This document shows positions 1-11,490 of a DNA stretch of 64,000 nt, piece after piece. The notes beneath the pieces are model-generated. The model ran no database searches, was not told the origin of the DNA, and worked only from the letters and a program-made list of their open reading frames with translations. A program made the translations under genes and the position numbers. The DNA comes from Octopus bimaculoides (taxonomy: Eukaryota): NCBI RefSeq assembly GCF_001194135.2, contig NC_068984.1:27580697-27644696 (forward strand), written 5' to 3'. Position 1 is the first letter of the stretch. Each line of letters begins with the position of its first letter.

Positions 1-200
1 CGCATGCGTGGAATTAAACAGCCAAGCGTTCCCGCTTTAATCTTTCTCTTTCTCGGTCGGCCGGCCATGAGCATGGACGTGTCAAGCAGTGTCTCCAACA
101 TTCCAACCTGGAGACAGTCTCTTTACGTGTATAGCTGTCACTCTCCATCTTTCGGACTTACACTCGACAGCTCGCTCACATCTACATAACAACGTCCCAA
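1..200. promoter_or_regulatory. CpG-rich promoter-like patch with NRF-1-type CGCATGCG motif
   Basis: About a dozen CpGs in the first 200 nt versus CpG-poor surroundings; CGCATGCG at 1-8 (core of the NRF-1/Ewg site); not recognisable as a repeat. Confidence 0.35.
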
Positions 201-785
201 CAACTATGCTCACACACACAGAAGCTGTAACAACAAGAGCTAAAGATGTATATATTTACCACCTAAATAAATGTTGTTTAAGTTGATAGTCTGGAGTTCT
301 GCGTTCCGTTATATTTCTAATTTTATATAGGAAAGTCAGGTATTTGGCTACGATGAGTGGGATGATCTTTTCTTGTGGGTACTAGAAAAATAATATGAAT
401 ACTTTTTTTCTAGCTTTCTGCTGTCAAATAGCAGCAGCTCCTCTAATAAATCATCAGAAGACATTTTTCTTAAAATATCAGGCTGAATTAGCCCAAAGTT
501 ATTAGAAAGTAAAACTTAACTCCACTAATGATGTTAATGTTTCCGGTGAGAGCCTGCAAGATGCGTGATCCACAATTGCATGTCTGTAAAATGTTATGTC
601 TGCTTCAGAACTCCTGCCTGTCATGCTCGTTTGCCAACATTGCACACAGGACTGTCGTTATACAGCGTAAAAGTAAAATAAGCAATCCTACAATATGTGA
701 GCAAAGTTACTGGTGTTCAAGATGAGGCCACTGCAATAACATTTAGAAGTATGAACAAGCATACGTACATATATTCCTCTCTTTC

Positions 786-835
<50 letters not shown>

Positions 836-837
836 TA

Positions 838-2560
838 CATCATCATTTAACGATTGCTTTCCATGCTGGCATGGGTTGGACGGTTTTACAGGCGCTGTCC
901 AGCTAGAGAGCTGTCCAAACTCCAATTGTCTTTTTGGGTACGGTTTCTACAGCTGGATGCCCTACCTAGCGCCAACTATTTTACAGAGTGTACTTGATAC
1001 TTTTAATGGGCACCAGTACGGGCTCTTTTACGTGTCACCGGCACGGGTGCTTTTACGTGGCTTCGGCACGAGTGCTTTTTTATGTGACACTGGCTCCTGC
1101 AAGCCCACATGAATAAGCACTTCTCGGTTGAGAGGGAGAGAGAGAGAGAGAGAGAGACGCAGAAGACATATCTGAATGTAAGAACGGCAACATTTTTACC
1201 TAGCTTGGCGTGTCATGACCATACCAGCGCAATCTTCTTTCTTGCACACTACATCTGATGCCTGTTATATTCAATTTTTCTCTTAAGTCATTTACACTCT
1301 GCTGTACGTGTACACTGACATTGGCCATCCAGTGAAATCTGCTGGTTTCATTTCTTTCAAGCCCTCACATATCCTCTGTAGTCATAGCCCATGTTTTATT
1401 GACATATAGTTTAGCTGAACATACACAGGCATTATACAATCTACTCTTCCATCTTAAGGAGGGGCTCTTTGTTACCAACAAAGTTAGTAGCTCTCTGAAC
1501 TTTGCAAGGCCTGTTCTTATTCTAGCAACTACGCTTTCAAAACCTTCTCCTCTGCTGCTAACGGAAGTTATCTAGTACTTCTAAGGAACCTCGCAGACAT
1601 CTGAGGAAATCTATTCTCCGTACTTTCTTAGTGTTTATTGTACGTACATATCTGTCACACACACAAAGACTGTTTTATTGTTAACCTTTCCGTGATATTG
1701 CTGCGCCTCTTATGTGCTTATAGCTTGCACTGGGTACACCGTATGGAGATACTACGAACACCTTTCCCACATATCGAAGGGATTTGAGATTTGTCTGTTT
1801 TCCTACTTACTAAGACTTTGGTCTTAGCTGAATTATGTCGAAGGCCCTTATATTTCAGATGTTGCTTCCACACCTGAAGTTTCCTCTCTCGTTCAGATAA
1901 TGATTCAGCTATAAGAACAATGTCATCATCGTAGAGGAGCTCCAAAGGGCAGCCAGTCTTAAATCCCTCTGTTATGGCCTGGAGAACTATGATAAACATG
2001 AAGGGGTTGAGAACCGATCCTTGGTGAACTCCCTACTTGTACTCTAAATTTATTGCTATAATCATTGCCGACCTTCATCTTACTGACAGCATTCTTGTGC
2101 ATGGCTTGTACTGCTCTCACCAACCACTTATCTATCCCTAGCTTCTGCATTGACCACCAGATGAGGTAGTGGGGATTCTGCCAAAGGTTTCTCCAGGTCT
2201 ACGAAAGCCAAATACAGAGGTTTTCTTGAAGTTGTCTTACTAGGAAGATAACATCAGCAGTGCTTCTCTCTGGCATAAAACTGATCTGCATATCATCTAG
2301 GCTAGCTCTCTTCCTAATTACTTGAGTTGTGACCCTCTCTGTAACTTTCATGGCATGGTCCAACAATTTGGCGCCCCTATTTCTGTCTAAGGGATTACCT
2401 CTGCCTTTCTAGCAGTTGACTAAAATGCTTCTACACCAGTCATTGGGTATGTCTTCCTCGTGGATAACCTGATTAACTATTTGAGTGACTGGACCATATT
2501 CTGCTCCCCCAGACATGCTATATATTAAGGTTGATCTTGTTGTTATGCTGTTGTTTAGTC
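838..2560 (-). mobile_element. RTE-clade LINE, 5'-truncated and decayed (RT domain, C-terminus, 3' UTR, (GAT)n tail)
   Basis: Minus ORFs 1959-2150 and 1718-1999 give WLVRAVQAM...FRVQVG / MFIIVLQAIT...ELLYDDDIVLIAES (YADD-like motif); C-terminal VQERRLRWYGH near 1215-1250; 3' UTR and (CAT)n at 838-1110; (GA)n insertion at about 1135-1157. Confidence 0.9.
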
Positions 2561-3522
2561 GCAAGGCTGTTTTAGTCAAGTACAACTATGATAAAGACGT
2601 GGCTAAATAATGACCAACCCCTCTTTTTATTCAGACGTACTATACCTAGAATCGCATAATTCAATGTGTTGCCCCTTTTTAAGGATAGGAGATTGGAATT
2701 TGTCGGAAATTTGAACATGAAGAATTTATACTATGGAGACACTACTTACAGTAGATTATTTTTGATCAAGGTATAGTGCCACATCCATATTTAAATCTGT
2801 TTAAACCTAAGATGTAAGTATGTGTCAGTATTTAACTTTTACATATGCGCTCCCAATATTTTACATATTGAAAGTGAAATATTGTGGTTGAGTGGATAAA
2901 CTGCTTGACTATAGTGATAAATATCTTTAGTCAATACTTCCAACTTTCAAATATATACAACAAACGATTTCTAATTGAAGAAAGAGAGAATATAAGATTT
3001 TTTTTTCTTTAAAAAATGAATTTATATAAAGAAATAACATAATTTCTTCAAACTTTTCTGAAAAATCTCCTAATTTGGCCAACAGAAAAATGACAGAAGT
3101 GTTTGAGACTGATTCTTATTAACCGCTTCTTACAATGCTATGCACCCGCTTAGTTTCAACATTAGCGTTTTTGAAGATATAGTCGTAATTAAACTTAACA
3201 TTGAAGCAAATACTTTTATATTCACTCAAATATTCTTATAGGTTGTCACGTACAGCTTTAAGTGAACAATAGGAGTTAATTTGACTTTGAAATATAGGAT
3301 CAACAATCAAAAGTTTGCAGGTTAAAATACATGTGTTACGATTTGGATACATGCCATCATGTATTAGAAGTAGTCAAATGAAGTAATAATGGCTTTAAGT
3401 TAAATTTGTCATGAGAGCAACGAATTAGAGTGAGGCCACATTTTATATGTCTATGTTTGAATATAATTTGAAGGTTTACACGCACACAAATATATATAAC
3501 CGGAAATACACATACATACATT

Positions 3523-3572
3523 TCTCTCTCTCTCCCTCTCTTTCTCTCTCTCTCTTTCTCTCACTCTCTCTT

Positions 3573-3637
<65 letters not shown>

Positions 3638-3675
3638 ATTATGCATGTATATATATATGTGTGTGTGTGCGTATG

Positions 3676-3714
<39 letters not shown>

Positions 3715-3780
3715 ATTATGCATGTATATATATATGTGTGTGTGTGCGTATGTATATATATATATATATATTATATATTA
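3523..3780. repeat. compound (CT)n/(TA)n/(TG)n microsatellite
   Basis: Directly visible; explains ORFs 3447-3794 and 3628-3822. Confidence 0.95.
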
Positions 3781-4599
3781 TTCATAACAGCTAAATGGGG
3801 TGCCTTCATCTTCAGTACATAAAAAAGCAGTTCTGGGAACAAGAACTTTCAAACATAAAATCATAATCGGAACTGAGATTACATTATTCAAATTTGTGTC
3901 GTAAATTAGTTTAATGGATTTTCAAATCTATAAGCAGAGGTATGGATTCATTAACACAAGAGATAATTTTGCTAATTTGCTCTTTTATTTAAAACCAAAA
4001 AGAAAAAGCAAAATGCCACGTAAATACAGTCTGGATTTTTAAAAAATGTATTTAAATTTCAACAAACGATAGCACAGTTATCTTCCCTTGCATGGTAAAG
4101 ACATGGAACTAGAGTGATATACCCTGACAATTATCAGCACAGACAAAGTTCCGGGTGAGAATCCTCCACGTTAAATTCATTCATTGAAAATTTATATGAG
4201 ATAAGCAATAAAAGGAATATGGCGTAACGCCTTTTATATTTTTATAACTCTAAAACAGAAAAGTGTTCATTCCACAATAAAACGTTTATAATGACAAACC
4301 CTGAGAAAAGAATCGCTGATAACATTTTGGGATTCTCTTCTCCGAAGATAACACGTTTATAGAAACACAATCGTGTCTCAGTATTATATAGTCTTTATTT
4401 TATAATATATATAACTCATAAAGTCTTTTGCATTTAGTTAGTCGGCATTTTACCTTAGGTTATATGAAATTAATATGTGAGTGGTTGTGTAACTCCTCTA
4501 CAGCACGAACCTGCTCTTCCCCAACTTCTTCCCTCTAGCATAAGAATGCAGACCTCTCCTTGTGCTTGTAGGCTTCGGAGTTAGTTGCATGGTGGACTC

Positions 4600-4785
4600 A
4601 GTAGGGTCATTGACATGAAAACGGCACCCAGTACACATTGCAAAATGATTGATGCTAAAAAAGGTATCCAGCTGTAGAAACCACTACAAAACGATTCACG
4701 AAATCATTGGATCTTTTTGAAACTTACCAGCCCATGCCAATATGGAACTTGGAGTTTAAGTGATGATGATGATGATAATGATATA
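4600..4785 (+). mobile_element. RTE 3'-end fragment with (GAT)n tail
   Basis: Reverse complement of the 838-1000 tail (ggtatccagctgtagaaacc...cccatgcc...gatgatgatgat). Confidence 0.75.
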
Positions 4786-4789
4786 TATA

Positions 4790-4947
4790 TACAATAGGCT
4801 TCGTTCAGTTTCCGTCTATCGAATCCACTCACATGGTTTTGGTCTATCTAGAGCTATACCTGAAGATACTTGCTCAAGTTATCGGACAATTGAACTGAAC
4901 TCGAAGCCACATGGTTGCAGAGTAAACTTCTTAACCACTCAGTCATC
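4790..4947 (-). mobile_element. tRNA-headed SINE, family B, 5' part
   Basis: Reverse-complement similarity to the head of the 38222-38605 copy (gagtggttaagaag...ttcgagttcag...cttgagcaag). Confidence 0.75.
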
Positions 4948-4999
4948 TTCTATATGTCTGTTTGTCTCTTTCTGTCTGTCTCTGTCTGTCTATCTGTCA

Positions 5000-5032
<33 letters not shown>

Positions 5033-5033
5033 G

Positions 5034-5251
5034 ACCAACGCCCCAACCCACAACCCGACACCTCCACACTCATTCGTCTGGCCGAACTTGTCCTATCTCT
5101 CAACTGCTTCTCGTTCGCGGGAGATATCTACCAGCAGATCTCGGGAGTGGCCATGGGGACGAGAATGGGCCCCAACTACGCGAACCTCTTCGTTGGTTAT
5201 GTTGAGGCCCAAATATTCTCCAGTTTCACTGGACCCACTCCCGAACTATAC
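5034..5251 (+). mobile_element. Penelope-like RT fragment (GC-rich)
   Basis: TLIRLAELVLSLNCFSFAGDIYQQISGVAMGTRMGPNYANLFVGYVE matches the PLE RT 'Y.Q..G.AMG...P..ANLF' motif; ends at an N-gap. Confidence 0.85.
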
Positions 5252-5779
5252 NNNNNNNNNNAATTTGAAGATAAGCATAGTCGAGATGATATGTTGTCTT
5301 CTCTTACTCTTGTTTTTTGCAAACATCCTCAAAATGATTTTCTAAAATGAAATTCCATTATGCAGTTGAGGAGTACATTTTCATTGTACATTCTGTGGTG
5401 TTCTCACCACATGAATAAATGGAGCTTGTACGAAACGTACGTACTGCTATAACCTATTGAATTTTTGTTGCTTATCTTCAAATATATATATATACATAAT
5501 TTATAATTAAAGAATTCAGGTTTAGAAAGGAGGCGTTAAATGTAGTATCCAAACCTTGTTTCAGGGTAAGTCTTGAAACAAGTGTGTTTGGAGTGCTGGC
5601 ATCTCACCACCAGCTTATAACTTGGAGCAAAAATGAAATGTAAATCTGGTAACTTTTGAAGCATGTTAAATCACCTCATGAGGCCCTTTTGCATTGTGCG
5701 TTGCATCTAATGTAATTACATCGTCCCATACCCACTTGGGCGCAGTGCAGAGTGAATCCGAAACGATTGTTGTGCTAAT

Positions 5780-6790
5780 AAAGCTTTTGTTACACTATGT
5801 CTTCTGTATCAATAATTTTAAAAACACATATATTTGTGTTCGCTAGGAATTTCGTTGACATTATCGATAGGGACATAGACGTAATTGGGCACGCTAGGAA
5901 AACGCTGCTGTTCAATAAAGGTTCGGCCTGTGCGAAGCAAACTGACCCAGTATGCTTCTTCGATGTGGTGATGGGAGCCTTCGACAGTGCTAATATCTGC
6001 GACCTTATAAGATTGTGAACACCTTAACAAAGAGGTACCAGTGAATTCTTTTTGATCTATACAGAGATGACTTTTAGCCATTTTTGCAGGCGCTGACGGA
6101 CATTCCTTAGATAGGCTTAGGAAGGACCTAATTCACACACTTAGCTCCCTTGGGCTGAAGATTACAATGAAGACCAATCATACCAGTAATTCTGTAGACA
6201 TTAAATTGGACCAGTTTATACAGGCCTATCGCAAAGCAAGGGAAAAGCTGTCATACATTAATACAGCTTTTGTCATATATTAATACACATACCTATCGTG
6301 TTCAAGAACTAGTAAATTAGTGAGAGGATTTGGAACTTGTCCTACAGTAAAGAAATTTTCGATGTCACGACCCCCTTTTTGCAATGAAACTTTGGCGTTT
6401 AGTGGGTTTAAGGACCGCATCTCTTATATACTCGACTCAAATACCCACAAAAGAAAGCAGCACCATAAATTAGTTTGGTTTGCTCCACCCTTCTCACCGA
6501 AAGTTAAGACTTGCGCAGGGAGGATATCACGTAGATTAGTGGACAAACACTTCACACAGTCGCATAAATACGGACGTTTGGTTAATAGACACGACTTAAG
6601 GATCTCTTTTGCGGTTGTGCCAGCATAAAAAGAATATTAGTGAGCACTCCTAAACTATGAGCAGAGACAAGATGCTCATGCAGGGTTAACAATGAGTGCG
6701 CACTGGATGGTTGATACAACTCCGAAGGTGTAGTGTATGAGACTGAGTTGGTGACCGGCACTGGCAACTATAGCGGCGGCGTTGACAGAA
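5780..6790 (+). mobile_element. Penelope-like element, decayed RT, linker and start of GIY-YIG
   Basis: FDVVMGAFDSANICDLI, LYRDD (about 6058-6072), WFAPPFSPKVKT..HKYGRLVNRHDLRISF, then CSCRVNNECALDG..VVYE; frameshifts and stops. Confidence 0.85.
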
Positions 6791-7871
6791 CAACACTAGC
6801 AACAACAGTGGCGGCGATATCAATTGTAACAGCGGATTCAGTTACGTCAGCAGCGCATCACAAGCGGCAGTATGGTAGCAATGGCAACTGCAAATGCGTC
6901 CGGCTGTTATTTCTATTGCGTCTAACAGCCCCACCACCAGCGGTACCAGCAGCACCACCAACAGCGACAGCAGCAACGGGTCCGTCTGTAACAACAGCAT
7001 CACCCGCAAAGCAATAACGACAGCAACAACAGCACACAGACACAGAAATATGTCCGCTTTCAGATTTCACTCTGTGCTATCCAGAAGTAGAATTATACGT
7101 ACTTCCAGATTTGCGTTTGTGTTTCTGTAGTGTGTGAATAGATAATAAAAAAAAGTTGGAGTCAAGAGGAAAGAATACGGGTGGACATTTATTTGCAATC
7201 ACTAAAATCGTTTCTACGCAACGTAGTTCTCCAGGCTTGCAGGTAATTCATTATGCAACAGATTCCCTGCATTATGAGACCTAGTTAAGTTTCCCCAGGT
7301 GATATATGAATTGTCTCCGTAAATTCAAATTCTTGGCTTCCAGAGCATCCTGTCTGTCGTGCCCTGGAGTTGGTAGTAGCCACTGAGTGTATCAAACTGC
7401 TTTGAATGTGTGGATGTAGTGAGATGGTAATTTTGTCACTGTTAAAGTGGTTGTTTTAAGGGATTAGCATTTGATTTCTTTCTTGTGTTGATTTGTTCTT
7501 CATGGTTGGTTACACTTGCGATTGTCCTTGACTGACCTTTAAGAACATGCCCATACGTAAACGCATATGCTCGTACACATATATATCCATATACATACTC
7601 ATGCTCGGACACACACACACATTACGTTTATTTGTTTGCTTTGTAAGATTTCTGATGTGAAGTCATGTTTTGAAACAGATAGTGTGAGATTTGGAGATGG
7701 TCAAATTTTGTTTTTGCCAAATAACCACACGCAATATATACTCGTTCTTCACTTTCTTATTATTCTTATTTCAGTGTCTTTGTCTGAAATCTTTCGTCAC
7801 ACATCCTGTGCCTCCTTGAATGACTCTCGATCCCACGTGTCTCTTCTTGTTCTGTTTAGTCCATTCTAAAC

Positions 7872-8012
7872 AAAATGTGACGTGAGATTTCAGACGAAGG
7901 ATACTAAAATAAGAATAATGATAAAGATGAAGTAAAGAACGAATATAATGCATGTAGTTATTTGGAAGGGAAAAAAATGACCATCTCTAAAAACAACAAC
8001 AGCAACAACAAC

Positions 8013-8061
<49 letters not shown>

Positions 8062-8138
8062 GTAATGATAATAATGAACAAAACTGTACAAATCCAAATA
8101 TATGGTACCCTAGGCATAACACCTACATGAACTTCTAA
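7872..8138 (+). repeat. about 260-bp module, copy 1 (direct repeat of 8741-8989)
   Basis: aaaatgtgacg...acttctaa is near-identical to 8741-8989 except for (AAT)n length and one substitution. Confidence 0.95.
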
Positions 8139-8250
8139 CTTGTTGTCTCTTGAGGTCTCTGGGTGAGACTTGGATCCAACTTGTACAAAAGCAAAACAAA
8201 AGTCAAACATAAAATAATAATAATAATAATAATGATGATGATATATATAT

Positions 8251-8311
<61 letters not shown>

Positions 8312-8740
8312 CATTATTATTATTCATGGATGTATTTAGAAAACAGAATTCTTGGTCTCAAATCACTTACACAGGATTTCTTTTGAATAGGTGTCACATA
8401 GACCCATACATACGATAAAACAAGTTTGTTGTTACATTTTTGTAAAATAAGCTTTTGGTTGCTTCTAGATTTGATTAGCAATAGATAGACCAATGATGAA
8501 TCACTTCTATAGAATGTCAGCCTTATAAAAAGAAATATACCGATGACATGATGAAATGAAACTTTCAGAGTGAAGTGTCTCAAGACACAATGGAATACTA
8601 ATATAGATATAAACTTGATAGAAATATTTCTAGCTTAATTCCTTGAAATCTCTGATAAAATCCTGTTCACTTGAAGCCAAGTTTGATAAAGACAGTGAAT
8701 AAAAATATAGAATAAAATATGAATGCTATTTGTGCTCAGA

Positions 8741-8989
8741 AAAATGTGACGGGAGATTTCAGACGAAGGATACTAAAATAAGAATAATGATAAAGATGAA
8801 GTAAAGAACGAATATAATGCATGTAGTTATTTGGAAGGGAAAAAAATGACCATCTCTAAAAACAACAACAGCAACAACAACAACAACAATAATAATAATA
8901 ATAATAATAATAGTAATGATAATAATGAACAAAACTGTACAAATCCAAATATATGGTACCCTAGGCATAACACCTACATGAACTTCTAA
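8741..8989 (+). repeat. about 250-bp module, copy 2
   Basis: Direct alignment to 7872-8138; explains the shared peptide in ORFs 7890-8327 and 8759-9010. Confidence 0.95.
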
Positions 8990-9084
8990 ATTAATACCGA
9001 AAGTATGCAATACTCATACTTTATTTAGCAACAGGCTGTTAGAAAAGAAACGAAAGGTTTGAGGGTTCATATCACATCCCCAAT

Positions 9085-9483
9085 GTTGTTGTTGATGTTG
9101 TTGGCACTCCGTCGCTTACAACGTCGAGGGTTCCAGTTGATCCGATCAACGGAACAGCCTGCTCGTGAAATTAACGTGCAAGTGACTGAGCACTCCACAG
9201 ACACATGTACCCTTAACGTAGTTCTCGGGGGGAGATTCAGCGTGATTCAGAGTGTGACAAAGCTGACCCTTTGATTTACAGGCACAACAGAAACAGGAAA
9301 GAAGAGTGAGAGAAAGTTGTGGTGAAAGAGTACAGCAGAGTTCGCCACCATCCCCTGCCGGAGCCTCATGGAGTTTTAGGTGTTTTTGCTCAATAAACAC
9401 TCACAACGCCCGGTCTGGGAATCAAAACCGCGATCCTATGACCGCAAGTCCGCTGCCCTAACCACTGGGCCATTGCACCTCCA
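9085..9483 (-). mobile_element. full-length young tRNA-headed SINE, family C, with 12-bp TSD
   Basis: Minus head gtggaggtgcaatggcccagtggttagggcagcggac...ggttttgattccc (A/B-box-like); (CAA)n tail; TSD cacatccccaat at 9073-9084 and 9484-9495. Confidence 0.9.
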
Positions 9484-10498
9484 CACATCCCCAATAGTGT
9501 GTAGCCAAATTTACCTGCCTATAAATGAGATGAAATGCCTGTATAAATAATAGAATTGAATAACTAACGAGTGCTTAATTAGCTAGTAGTACTGAGATAA
9601 AGTTCATGCTCTAAACCTGTCGAAAGCTCCAGGATATTCTTCTTAAAGCTTTTGTTGAGGCTTCATCTCAAGAGTCAGCTACGGCTACTTATGAAATTGT
9701 AATTATTGTCTACCGATACAAATATTTAGCACCATAGAACCACATACTTCAGCGTTTCATCCAAATAACCGAGTTTGTAGCATTATCACTAATGCTAGGA
9801 TGGATATATTTTTATTTATTTAATGCTTAGACAGAATAACTCATTTTAATGTTTTTTATTTTGTTATTTCTTTTCTTTCACTAATTGTTTCACCTAATTA
9901 GTTTATGAATGTTTGATATATTCCTTCAGCATTTGAATTTGCCAAATGACACAAAATATTACTGGTTGCTACTTGTAAAGTTTCAGAAAAAAATAAACAA
10001 GACAACTAATTAATAAAAGTAGAAAAGTAAAACAGTAGTTGTATTTGTTATGGAAGTGAAGTGGACATTTTAAATAGACTATTAGATTAGTTGGTTTTTT
10101 TTTTATATTTAGTACCAATGTAAAGGAAATTATTGTATGAGAGGGTAAAAATATTTCAGTTTTGAATGCAGCCATAATTGGTTTTATTTGAGTTACTTTC
10201 CTGAACTATTTCTGAACTATTGACATCTATCCACTACCTCTGAATACAAGTTTGACCTTTGCTATGAGATTTAATTCTAAATATGTAAAGTACTAGATTT
10301 GTAAATAATTTAATCTGAATTATTTGTTCCTTTGTGTGTTTCGATAAAACTAAATATAACAATGTTATTTATGGTGCAGTGTGTGGAATGCTGAACTCCA
10401 TAATTCATGATGATAAATTTGGTGCCTCACATTTCTAAGTTGAAATCCCATGTGGTTGAAACTGCTCTTCATCCCTTCCAGAAAATCATTATAATTTA

Positions 10499-10721
10499 CT
10501 AAATCCAGCCTCTGTAATAAACAATATCATGCCACTCTAAGAAACCTTTCACTTTTTGTTTTAGAACTTGGAGTTGAATTCTGAGCTTAAGTTGCACTTC
10601 ATTAGATCTTTCCTTTGATGCTCTGAAGTTAAAGAATGAATAAAAATTAAACAAAATGATTAATATAGTCATAATATCCTTTTCTGTGAAAATATTACCT
10701 TGCATTTTGTTGGAAGAAATC
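10499..10721 (-). other. candidate exon pair (23-nt micro-exon 10699-10721; exon from 10622)
   Basis: cag|GATTTCTTCCAACAAAATGCAAG|gtaat, 76-nt T-rich intron ending ttcag; in-phase join gives DFFQQNAR-ASKERSNEVQLKLRIQLQVLKQKVKG...GWI*. No recognisable homology. Confidence 0.3.
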
Positions 10722-11029
10722 CTGATTATTTAAACAGAAAATACAGAAAATACAAGCTTACATCAAACATTTCAAAATAGATTAAACTGAGTTGTTTGTC
10801 CAATTGCTTAAATAATCAGAAACTAAGATGGTGACTTCACCTTGGTCTCAGAGCAGAGACAGACTCTTTCTTCATCATGGAAAAAATTTGAATATTAAAA
10901 TAGTAGGTGTAAAATAAACTACACATTGAACTTTTATGATATGGCTATTTGTCCTAAATGTTCATTTAGTTTATTCACTCTACAAAGTTTCAAGCCATTG
11001 TATTTATCTTTTATTATTTATTTTTTATT

Positions 11030-11272
11030 TATGTATGTCATTGAACTGCAGCCATGCTGAGGCTCTGCCTTGAAGGGTTTAGTTAAACAAATTTCCCCAG
11101 TATTTATTTTCTAAGTTTGGTACTTATACTGTTGGCTTCTTTTGCTGAAATGTTAAATCACAGGAATGTAAAAACTGGTTGTTAAGTGGAGGGGTGAAAG
11201 AAGCACAAACACAAAGACACACACACACACAAGTACAAAGACATGCACACACACACAAGTACAAAGACATGT

Positions 11273-11304
<32 letters not shown>

Positions 11305-11490
11305 TCATACACACACTCACACACACATATGTTCATAAAACAGGCTTCCACAAAGTACTAATTTACTTTCAAAACGTAAGTCATTCTTAGGCTATAGTAG
11401 AAATTACTTGCCCAAGGTGTTATGCAATGAGTATGAACCTAAACCAAATGGTTACAATGCACACTTTTTAATTATACAGTCATGCGTGTT
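11030..11490 (-). mobile_element. SINE family B with internal (CA)n tract
   Basis: Tail cattgaactgcagccatgctg at about 11040 and head cttgcccaaggtg...aaccaaatggtt at 11405-11460, both antisense to 38222-38605. Confidence 0.75.

Noticed and set aside
85-115. SNIPTW peptide shared between ORF 4-189 (+) and ORF 43024-43221 (-)
   Set aside because: Six residues with different codons and no flanking DNA similarity; coincidence.
2635-2813. Exon-like segment with strong tttattcag acceptor and gtaagt donor
   Set aside because: No frame is open across it (METLLTVDYF* stops); it could be non-coding but cannot be supported.
3447-3822. Long IY/CV/SL/TH-repeat ORFs here and at 18226-18579, 21754-22185, 45218-46406, 47360-47606, 56470-57045
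   Set aside because: Translations of dinucleotide and tetranucleotide microsatellites.
9400-9483. tRNA-like A/B boxes (also at other SINE heads)
   Set aside because: SINE heads without a full cloverleaf or acceptor stem; not tRNA genes.
10816-10880. C/D-box snoRNA-like pattern on the minus strand (ATGATGA…CTGA…CTGA) with TCACCATCTT complementary to the LSU rRNA motif AAGATGGTGA
   Set aside because: The 10-nt match ends 5 nt before box D and does not cover the +5 position, there is no terminal stem, and the C' box is poor; likely chance.
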